Assembly: GCA_965202585.1 (NCBI GenBank)
Contig: OZ241832.1
Location: forward strand, 37,758,001-37,822,000
DNA from: Thalia democratica
Taxonomy: Eukaryota
DNA: 64,000 bases
Reading direction: 5' to 3'
The translations under genes were made by a program, and so were the position numbers. Positions 49,401 through 61,400 of the stretch are shown in pieces (positions within the stretch are counted from its first letter, which is position 1; each line of letters opens with the position of its first letter). The notes below the pieces were generated by a model. The model had not been told where the DNA came from. It saw nothing but the letters and a program-made list of their open reading frames with translations, and made no database searches.

Positions 49401-52400
49401 GAACGCCATGGCTTCGGTCCACGAGCACAGACCTGCCACGCTTCCCGAGACCTTTTTCGCCGAATCGAAATTGTAGTCGTCCATCCTCAAGTACGGTTCC
49501 AATAACTCAACCGTCTCTTCGTTGATAGTGTCCTAAAACATTGTTGCTTTTTTAGTTGTTTTTTTTAAGTTATAGTTTGAAGGCTAGATGAAACTTTCAT
49601 GGCTTTAAAAGTACTAAAATTTTTAGTTATATTACTATTTTCTTTGAAATAACAATATGAATTTAACTGACCTTTGAAAAGTTAAGCAAGGAGCCTAAAA
49701 ATCCGGAGTTATTCATGAGTTTTAGCGCCTCACTCCACGACGGTTTCGGGCAAGGTCTTTCGGGGTCCTGTTCAACAGGGTTCAAGCGTTTTTGGAACAA
49801 CAGCAGCACACAGTCCATGATTCTCATGATCAAGTGTGGGGGCTTTCCCAGCTTACGAACTGTTGCAATATCCGCTGGTTTGATTGTCTGTATGAAAAAT
49901 TAACTTTAGTTTCACTTCGTTTTATGCATCACGCCATTGTTTTGTAATATTTAAGCTGCTAGTTAAGTACATGTTATAGGTGACTTATTTGAAAGTTAAG
50001 TTTTGTATTTCAAAGTACTAGATTGCTAAATCAGCATACGCAGATAACAAATCAAGCTCACTAATTATGCTTGATACCATTTAGACAGTACATACATTGA
50101 CGTTGGAAACAAACTTGCAAAGCTTTTTCAGCAGCCTCCAGCGCAGGCCTGGCAGCTTCGAGTTTTTCTTCAGCCGACGCCTTGTCCACGGCGATCATGT
50201 CGACGATCTTCTGAGCTTTGTCTTTCACCGTTTGCACTTCCGCTTTCTTCAGTTCAGCACCTGCCTTCTTTTCGTTCACTTTCGCAAGAACCTACGAGTT
50301 AATATGTCTTAATTTGTAATTTAACTACTTTAAAAACTATCAGTAACTAGTATCTGTTCTGAACCTGTATTGGTTACTGTTTAGATTTTTTTCTAACCAG
50401 CACTTTAATTTTTGGTAAGACGGAGTGAATAAAGAAAATAATTTAAATAAAATTTAAGTTTAAGTTCACTTTTTGATATTTTGAGTTATGTGTCCCTAAA
50501 ACATTATTAAAAACAATTATATAAACTTTTTGCTAAAAATATAGTGTTTACTTGAACTAAAAAAATCTATTATGCCTGCATAACTTTGAAAATTATCACC
50601 TCATCAGCTTCTTTAGACGCTACAGCGAGATCTTTCTTCTTGACAACAAGCTCCAACGAAAGCTCGTTCACAGATTTTTCTGCTTCCACCAACTTCGTCA
50701 GACCGGTTCGCATTCTCGACGCTAGACCAGATATTTCATCCAGCTTCGACCTACGTCAAGCAAAATTTTAAGTAGTAATACATAGAAAGCTTTGCTAAAT
50801 ACAGTTTAAGATAATTAAGCAAATTATAGAATGTTTAAAAAAAAGCTTGTGACATTTTCTTAATAAAACCAAAAATGATCAATTTTATAAAAGTTCAAAA
50901 AAGTTGAAAACGCGTATAAAGTTTGCTCACTGGTATATGGTCTTGTATCCGGACAAGAAGGAAAGGTAAGACTTTGGAGTCACGTGACAAGCCCGACGAA
51001 ATCTCTCAAAATATTCCACACATTTTTCAGCCACAAGATCTTGGACCGATCCCATTACCTTTTAGTTTAAGCAGAACGTTATTTAATTTTTATAGTTAGT
51101 TAATCAAACACAAGTAAAAAGATATTAAATTCTGAAATTAAATCTTTAAGGTAAACCTGAACTATGTTGGTTTTCGTTTCGGGTTCGCATTCGACTTTGA
51201 AACTTTCAAGGAAGTACTGAGCTACTTGTATGAGAGCCTCTCGTGGCCACCTCAAGAACCAGTCCATCGTGCACCCGGAGATCAAAGCTGAAATGAAGAA
51301 AAAATATCAGAAAACATTGTTACTTTTTTTTTTTCAAAATTTAAATTACATAAGTGAAGTTAAGAAAGTACGTTATTCATTGTTTACGTAATCTTACTCA
51401 CTGTATTAAGTTTCAAATTTTTCTTGGGTTGAGTAAAAAAACTAAACACAAAAAAAAAATTAACCGGGAAACTTGAGAGCGCGGTTCTGAAACTTTTCGC
51501 CGACGGGCGAGAAGCAGAGGACGACGTGGAGGTTGGCGCGAACCCGCGACAGAAAGTAGTCGTACAAGTTGTCGTTCGTTGGCGGCCTTCTCGGGTACTC
51601 CTTCTTCATCACTGGGATCAGCTCCTGCGTGATCTCGTCTATCTCATCTCTCGCAAACAAGTTTGAAACCTGTAACGAGTTTTTTTGCATAAGCGTTGGT
51701 TTTGTAAAGAGTAGATACTAAAAAATACTAAAACAGTTTCATAACATTTAATAAGTATTACAGGTAGTTACAAATTTTAATATTCATAAGTATTATCATA
51801 AAAGATGTACCTCCCCTGAAGCAAGTACATTGTTCATGTACTCCAAGAAAGCTTCGTCTTTAATTTCGTTGTCAGTAAAAATGAACGACACTCCTTTTCC
51901 TTCTTTGCCGGTGAGTCGATATAAAATCTATTATAAATTGACGATATTTAACAAAGCTAAGAAAAATGTGTTTATTTTTAACGAATGGAAAATGTAACTA
52001 ATTTTTTGATACGTTGTATAATTCGAAAAAGTACCATTATGTAATAATGGGCTAATATCAGAAAAAAAAAACTTATGTAAAAATTTAGATTCGAACAAGT
52101 GCAGAAATCAGTTTATGTTTTAGCTAAAATTTCACTTATTCTCAATACACTTATTCTCGAGCTTCAAGAAAAACGTCATGTAAAAGTTCATAAAAATTAA
52201 ACTTCAGCTCTTTATTAAAAACCTTGAGATCGTCGATCAAGTTGGACGTGTTGTAGGTCCTGCTCAGGGTGATTTGGAAGGAAGTGTAACCCGCGATGTA
52301 GGTCGCCAGCCTGGTCAGCGACTGCTTGCCCGACCCGCCGACGCCGACGAGCAGGCAGTTTCCGCGCGGAGTTCGGATTATGCGAGATATTTTCACCAAG

Positions 52401-55400
52401 TGAGTCATGGCGTCCTGGTGAGATTTATTTAAAAAAATATATAAACAAAAGTTGTGAGCTAGTTGGTTTGTCGAGTAACTTTTACAACTGATTATAGATT
52501 TAATATAGTTTTAAATAATCAAAAAATAAATTAATCTTGTTTTCCATAAATTAATATAATAAAATAAAATTCTGCCTTTCGTTATTTCAATGTGAAAATG
52601 ATCAGTGCAAAATAAGACGTTTGTCATTACTAAAAAACTTGCTATTCTATACAGAAAATATAGTTTCTTAATTTTAGAAATTTTAAATTCTTAATATCTA
52701 AATCATAATTGTTTAAACAACCTGAAATATTAAAAAACAGCTTAGTCCGTCTATTCTTAAAGTGATCGTTTCGAAGAACATTTTCCGATTAAAATTTTAG
52801 TATTTATCAACAAAAAGAATAAAAGATTATAACAGAGGAATATAACTTTTATAAGCAATGTATACCATTTACCTACTATAAAGTTCTTCAATTTTGTATA
52901 CATATATACATAAAACATTTAAAAGCAAACTTATATTTTTAATTAAAAAAATTATTTAAGTTATTATTTAAGTATATACTCTTTTTCCGTTTATTTTCGG
53001 TATTACAAAAATTTAAACAGCATTTATAAAAGTAATTCAAACTTGGAAAAAAACGAGATCCATTTTGGAGCCTCTAACTGTTTCGTTGTACTGGTCCTGA
53101 TACATTTTCAATTTTTCTTCTAACTCTTGAAATGATGCTATTGGTTCGTAAATTTTGGGTGCTTCAAAATCCATATCATCTCCATCTTCGCCTTTAAGTA
53201 CAAAGAAAAACATAAACTATTTGGTTTTACATGATCATAGTCGTGAAAACTACTAGCTTAATAATAAAATTAATAGTTTGCTTGATATTAAGATTGTAAC
53301 AATTTAAGATTAATCTCATTATAAAAATATAGAACTTTGTTAAAGACAATATTTTCTCTAATATAATAAAATGTTTCCGTATCATAAGCACTGTATGTAA
53401 TGTAAAAAGTTGTGGTAAAGTATCCATACTTACCAGTATCTTCCGGGATGTCTCGAAGGAAATCAACGAAGTAAGGTGAAGGGGGAAGTTTACCACGCAA
53501 CTCTGACATTTCATCTTCCACAATCTAATTATTGTGAAAACAAATAAATGCTCTTAAATTCAAAACTCTAAATAATTAACTACATTACATTTTATTTTGA
53601 ATATTTTTTATTGGGAGGATTCGAACATTTACTAAAAGGTAGAATCAAATGTTATCAAAACCTTGTTCAAACTGTTCTCGAACCAATCTTTGTCGGGTTG
53701 GTTGGTGAACCGGTCAGCAATGACTCTGGTGCACTCGTGTTTCCACAAACCGAGCATTATGTCGCTTGTTTTGCACACGTCGCTCAAAACATTCAGAATG
53801 CCCTGCACGTTAAAAACTGCTTGTGTTTGTTTACAATAAAAATTGCTAACATTTTACGCATGTATAATGTATACAGAGTACAAAACAATCACTTATTAAG
53901 CCTATCTACCTATTAATAATGACTTTAATTCGGGCTTGTATATGTTTAACACCAGAAAAACGTAAAACAGTTTTAAACTCTCACCTGCCAAATACGGCTC
54001 AAATCGCGCAAGTTGAAGATGTAGTGAAACTTCGCCGGCGTCGGAAGCATTTTTGTTTTCGTTGATTGCCACAACCTCCTTGTCATTCCGACTAACTTCG
54101 GTGCAAGTTCCATCACCTAAAATAATAAATAATAAAGAAGTTCTTCATTTGTTCAAAAATGAATAGACCACGTTTGATTGATCAAATAACACTTTTTTTG
54201 ATAACTACAGTTTGACGATGACAACTATAATAATTATATTTAAATAAAAAAACTTTAAAACTAAAGAGCCCTACAAGGCAAACATTGATTTAAAACAGGA
54301 CTCTTTGAAATATAAAAATTCTAATCGACACTTTTCGCTAAGAATTAACATAAAACTTCATTAAATAACTTAAGATAATCTAAACAACTTTCAACAAGCA
54401 AACTACTTCATCTGTAAATCCTCTTTCAGCGCAGAAGTACCCCTCGGCGACCGTTCGAAAGATTTTGTCAATCGAGTTGTTGCTGGGCAGGGTGCAGTTG
54501 AAAACGTTGAACTGACGCTTCAGCCGCTGAGGTATGTCGTTGCGCCCGCCGCCTGCAACACCGAGCACATTTTTAATTTATAGCGTTGTTTGTAAATATT
54601 AAAAAAAAAACGGTTTCATACAGACATTACTTTAAGTATATTGAAAAAGTTCGTACGTACCGGGATGGATCATGGCGGCCACTAGCTGGATGTCGACGAT
54701 GTTTGTGAAGTCGCCGGGCTTGTCTATGCTGTAAAATCCGCTTGTGGCCATCAGTTGTCGCACTATCTCATTTGTTATCTTAGAAAATGTTAATGTTATC
54801 TTCTTTTTTATTCGAAAAAAATTAAAAGTTTGGTTTACTGAAATAGAAATGTTTAACGTTTTTTTTTTTCATTATATTGTTCAAATAAATGTTTTGTAGA
54901 ACTTCAAAAACAGTTTGATTTATCAATTCCTAAACAAAAAAAAAACCTGATCACCCCATTCATTTACAACGGGCATATTTATATCGTCAATGAAAACAGT
55001 CATTTTTCTTCCGGCTGGAGGTCCGTATGTCGTTCCAACTCGTTTGTCTACATAGCTCTCTATTGTTCTCTAGCGGAATTTAAAATAATATTAAAGCGAT
55101 TTTTTTGTAACTACTAAGTATAAGTTTTAAATTCAATCATTTATCTAAACTTTTTTAACTGTTTAAATTTTTTATTTGCAGAACTTGTATCAATATGTTA
55201 TACTTAAAACATTTAAGGCATTTGTACAAGCTAGTTTAAAAAACCTGGAACATATTAGGAGTAGTCGCACTACTGAAGTTGAGAGACTTTGTCATGTGCT
55301 GTTCCGGATCATACCTTTTAGCGTACCCTTTGATCATGACTGTTTTTGCAGTACCTTGTTCACCGATCAGCAAAATACCTTTTGACTGCAATATATACGT

Positions 55401-58400
55401 AAATATTGTTAGTTCTAAATATATCTAAATAAAGTCTAAAATATAAGCTAAACAAAATCTGTTTATAATGTTTTACAGTAAAACTACAATACAAACATAC
55501 TCAGACAGCTGTTTCTAGTAAATTAACCTCATATAAACAAGTTTAGTAGTTAAATGGTGTCAACACAAAAGTTAAGCATTGATAATTTGAAATAAACAAC
55601 TTATAAACAACCTGTTTCATTATAGTATGCATGAGAAAGTCTGTCCTGACGTTGTCAACGTTTGGTACCAATATCCCCATGTAGTCAGGCACGCTGTCCT
55701 TTGGATAAACATATTCAGGAACTTTTTTGTTCCAGTGAACCCATGAACCATCATCATCGACCTGTAAAAATTATTTGCATTTTCTTCGTTTAATAACTAA
55801 TGTAAGTTGTAATTATTTATAGTGTGTTTTTTTTTTAATAAAAACTGTTTTACTTATTTAAAGCTATTCAAGTCTGCAATTAAAAATATAGTTTTAATTA
55901 TTTTTCTTTTTTGTTACTACCATATAAATCTAACCATGTATTCAAACACAGTTTCATCGTCTCTAATCGGTGGAATGGGAAGTTGAGACGCCGATTCGTG
56001 CTCTTTAATAAACTGCTCGAGCTTGGCGCGATCATCAAGCTCCAGCAACGCTCCGGCGCTCCACATCAGGCTGAAGAAGAACAGCCGGGACAGGTGTTCC
56101 GAGCTTATTGGCCCCTGGTCGTGGTCTTGTTTCGGTATCAACCCTGTTTTTCATGTGTTTTAGCTTATACCAAAACTAAAAATTGTAGAAAATAATATGC
56201 AACAATAAAAAAATAGATATTTAAAAGCTCTTACTAAAAACAAGTAAAAAATTATCGAATTTTTTCCTTCAATATTACCTTCCAACAAGTCTATGGCTTG
56301 TCTGATATACATGCATTCTAAAAGCTGCATTTTCGGATTAAGCTCATTCAGCAGGTTGTCCATGACATCCTATTTAACGTTATAAAGCATTATATTTGTA
56401 GTATTAACAAACTTTAAAGTACTTAAAAGTTAAAACAGTTGTTATATTAATGTTTTTTTAAATTCGCATCCTTTAAATTAAAAAAAGTAGTTTTTTGTTT
56501 TTATCATAGATAGTTTATTAGACTTTGAAAACTTCTGTTTACTTGGAATATAGCCTCAAAAAGACTTAGCAAAATTTCGCTTTGTTGGGGAGAAATTTTC
56601 TGCAACCAGCCTTTTAGAATAGGTTCCCAAGTAAGAACAGAAGAACTCATAAACACCATACCTGCAGATTAGAAACTTTTATTAGGTACTTGTTTGTTTT
56701 ACAGTGTTACTGCCTTGTAGTGTACTTTTCTAAAAGTGTTTGAAGTTAAAAAAACTAATAAAATTAACACATTGTTTCTAGTTGATAAAAGCAGCAAATA
56801 ACAAAAGTCATTAACGCCGAAAGATGAATTTTTTGTGCCGCGTTACAAACTCAATACATCTTATTATAACTTTTTTGATCAATAATTTTTTTAGTCCTTA
56901 ACCGTTTCTGGAAACAGTAGCAGGCGATGCATTGTCGATGTTGTGGGGCTCGAACACCACTTTGGTGTTTGGCGCCATGGTTATTCGGTCTCCATTGGCC
57001 AGCGTGAGCGTTTTGTTGTCGTCTAAAACTGAATTTAAATTTTCGATCCAAATTGCGTCAACTGGTCCGTCCAACACCAACCATATGTGTTCTCCCTTTA
57101 AAGATAATTTTATCAAATTAAACTTATATTTAATAAGTAATAAAAAAAACGATGTACTATTGTAGCTGCATATTTATTTATATTTAATACCTCGATAAAT
57201 AATTTATGCTTTTAACCAAAAATTTACATTTAGTTTAACAAACTAAAAATCAAGTTATGTTTTATTTGCTAATGCCGCATATAACTTAAAAAAAAAGCTT
57301 CAACACAAAAAATACTCGGTTTTGAAAAAAAAAATCAGTTACTTTTTTAGCTTTGTGAGTTCTGCGCCACAGCGTTGAGAAAATACCGTCAGTCCAATCG
57401 TTAGTAGCGACATCGAGTGACCCGAACATTTGCGGCGCCGTGATCGCTTTCGGATTCATTCGCATCTCTCTATTTACAATTATTTGTGTAATTTCTACTT
57501 AGTATTTTATATGTTTAAAAAAACCTTTCAAGTAGCACGTAGTAACTGCGTAAAAAACACAAGTAGGTCTATCATTTCAAACGCATAAAATAAATCGGTT
57601 TTAAAATTACACCCTGTGCTAACACTTCATTAAAAATATTTCTCATAAAGTTTAAACAATTTTAGCGAAATTCGAACCGGTGAGGTACTCCCGTGTCGGT
57701 CATGGCCTTCATGAGCACGTTGATGCATTTGGTCTTTCCGGCCCCGCTCGGCCCCAGCGCCATCATGCCGTGCCTGACGCGCTGCGTTTCGAACAGCTGG
57801 ATCAGCTTCAGAACCCACGGAGGGTGGAAGACGAGCCCGGCTTCCTCCACCTGACGCAAAATGTACAGTTGTTTGAAAAGTCGCGAAAGGTTTTGTTTTC
57901 ATTAGTGCTGATTTATATGTTTTTTTTTGTTATGTTTTACAGTCTATGAACTTATTTATACACTTTTCAAATAAAAGTAAAGGTATAAGTTAAGTAGAGT
58001 ACAGATGTATTTAAAAAAAATAGTTATAAACACTATTTACTAAAAGTACTTACAACTGCCCATAATACTCTAAGAAAATATTCAACTTTCCGAGCGCAAC
58101 ACTCACCTGGCTCTTGATGGCTTTCTCCAGTTCCGGGTACCCGGCCTTGTCGAGCGTGATTCCGGGGAAGAGATCGTTGATGAGGGAGAGGAAGAGGGGC
58201 TCGTCCTCGTCTACCAGCTTGGACAGGTTCATGTCTCGGAGCACCCGCATCACTATGGTCTGCTCGGGGTCGTTGGGGTTGGCCCGCTTGACCCCGCCCA
58301 GGGTTCGCAGCACGGACAAGATGTTCCGCAAACCGAAATCGTAGTGGACCTGCGTTGAAATTTGGTAGTGAAATTTGAAACTGGACATGCTCTAACTGTT

Positions 58401-61400
58401 ATGCGCAAAAAGAGATTTCAGAAAATAAAGTTTAGTCTGCTGATTACTTTTGTTTTAATTAAATTGCCGTAAACCGACCTGCTTGGAAAGCTGCTCTTCA
58501 CAGAGCTTGTACAGGGTGTAGAACTTTTTGGAAAGGGTGACGTTTTCAATGAAACCGCAAGCAGCGAGCTTCACGCGAATTATGATGCTTCTGTCCGGCA
58601 CCATCATGGCCACCGTGCGGAAAATAATTTTCAAGTTTTCTGGTAATTCTTGTCGGCCGGCATAACCTGGATTCTGTGTTTATTTCGATTTGTTTCGATT
58701 GTTTTAAATATGTTGAATTCTAGACTCTAATCAACAAAGAAATAGAAAAATGAAGTTTTGACATTAAATATCTCAATTAGTGATGCTCAGGTTTAAAACG
58801 CTGAAAAAATCAATTTTATAGTTAATTCTAATAACCATGGTAAGAAAAATTCCGAATTCAGGGTCCATATCAACGACATCACCGTCAGTGAAGACGAACT
58901 GGGGCTTCTTCATTTTCTTGCATTGCAAAACGATTGCTATTTGCTGTGCGGCCACAGACAAAACGGGAAGCTCAATTCTGTTAAATTCATCAAAGCATCC
59001 CCATGAACCAGACTGAGCCAATCCTTAAAAAGTTTGTATTTTCGTTTTAATAGCTATTATCAATCTAACTGTAATTTAACTATTTGTTTTTTTTAGAAAA
59101 GTTGAGCTTGTTCAAAGCTATTTACATTAATATAAGTGTTAAATAAATATTTGTTGTTTTCCCATCAACTTGTTTGAGACTTTTACAAAGGTGTCCACAA
59201 CTTTTTTATACGCTTATGTCATATTGATAAAAACCTTTATAGATTCTTCCCAGTCCCCTGTAGTCCATTTGATCAGAGCAATTGAAGACGACGACGTATT
59301 TTCCAAGGCATTTACCCATGTCTTTTGTTGTTTCGGTTTTTCCTGTACCCGCGGGTCCTGCAGGGGCTCCACCCATACTCATGCCCAGCGCTTGTGAAAG
59401 CGTGATGTAACATCTGTTATAAAAAAGTTTTTTTTATCAAACAAAAGTTAAAATTTATTTTTTATAAAGTTTTTCAGCATATAATAACTCGCAAATATAA
59501 AACAAGCTTTATTTAATCCAGACACGATAAAAAAATATTCAAATTGTTTTCTTTTACGTTGAAACAAAATGTTCTACATATACATAAGCCTTTCAGCGTT
59601 ATCAAGTCGCAAATACTCTGTGTGAAGGTAAAAATGTTTACCTATCAGTGAGTGGAGTGATAACCAAGCGGTCGGTACATCCCGTGTACTCGTTGCAGTA
59701 TTCAAACTCGACATCGGTTATTCTGATCAAACACTGGTCCTGGTCCTCCACAAAGTAGAATCTCGACTGCTTCAGCCACTCGAAGTCGCCAGGTGATTTG
59801 ATGTTTTTGCGGCACTAAGTAGTTTAAACTATTTAAGAAACCTTTGCTAACAGATATCACTATATCTAACTTGGAAACAAATAGAGCGTAATTAAAAGAG
59901 AATTTAGTACTTTAATACTTTTAGTATTTAAATACGTAAAATTATGTAATACTTTCGTTAAAATAAATTCGTAGCTTTTATTAAGTTAATTTGTAGTCAA
60001 AACCACGCGAAAAAAACTGAAATTAATAAATAAATACTATTTTTTCCCTTAAAAAAATCTTAGCTGTTTTTTTTTTAAACTTTACTAAAAATTTAGTTTT
60101 AACTGATAACTTAAATTAGAAACACATACTCCTTCGATCAAAAATTAAAGTTTCTAAACGTTTAAAGTTACAATAAAAAAGTTTTTTTATTATACTACAA
60201 ATACTTAATCATTTTTTTTACGTACAAAAGTTAAATGAAAAAATTAAACCTACATTTAAAATAATAAAAACTAACCAAGTCATCGAAAATGTCACGTTGG
60301 TGCACATGTATGGTAACAAGTGTCTCGAATTTTGTCCTCTCATATTTTGTCAAGTCTTTTGTAGTCACTTGAATCAGTTCGTTTAACATGTCCAAAAATC
60401 TTTGGTTCATTATTGCCATTGCCTAAAGTAAAAAAAGTTATGTATTACAATGTTTTCTTTTTCTACTCATTTTTTTTCAATAAAAAAAATATAATTTTAA
60501 TCTTAAAAACTACCATCGTCTTACTGTATTCAGTTGCAATTATTTAAAAAATCTTATTTGATTTAAAGTTGGTAAAAGTTTTTAAGCTGTACGTTTAGTC
60601 ATTTAAAAACAAGCTTTAAATAATTTTTCACAAACTTTTCGTTCAGACTTGGCAATTTTCAGTGTGGCTTCAGCGTCCCGGGTCCACAACATTTGTATAC
60701 CGAGGAGGCCAATTTGGGCGGGAAAACAGTTTTCAAACTCGGTAAGTTGGAAGCTGGAATCGTCAGATATGGCCACCCACGCTTTTCTGATTACTGAATG
60801 AACTGTAGACTTTACAGTTTCAAGCAGCTCTTTCAACCAAACCTCAACATTTCCCTGCAAAACTTTGTTAGGTAAAGAAAAATAACAAAACGTAATGAAA
60901 TGTATAACGTGTACATACGTTTCCAAGCTTTAAAACAAGTCTTTTGTTTTTCATAACTTAACTTAAGCTAATAGATTAATGAAAAAATTAAAGCAACTAA
61001 TAAGCTAATGTTAATATGAACTAAAAATGTTTAAATTGTGAACAACTTCAGTTTTTGCGAGCGTTTTTAAAATTTGTTTTTTTTTATTCAAAAAACTCAA
61101 AGCAAGAACTAAGCAACTCACTTGTGCTAAAACAGATTTTGTAAGAGGCACGGCCTCGTCTTCCTGGGACCTGATGGTCGTAATTTTATCGTACACTTTT
61201 TCGTCAAAGTCCACTTTGTAAACGTTGTCGAACAAGCTTAACAAGTGTGCCTGTAAACAATATAGTTTTAGGCAATTCGAAAAAATGTTTATGTGAAGAA
61301 AAATAAAACAAACCTGAATTGTGTGAGAGTCACTGGCTTGCCCGAGAATTTCGAGCAATGCAGGATCCGATACAAAGAAAAACCTTTAATGCATTTTTAG

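Noticed and set aside
53227-53523. ORF-track proteins extending dynein exons (for example 53288-53521, 58050-58388, 61011-61358)
   Set aside because: They are true exons read on into AT-rich introns, not separate genes.
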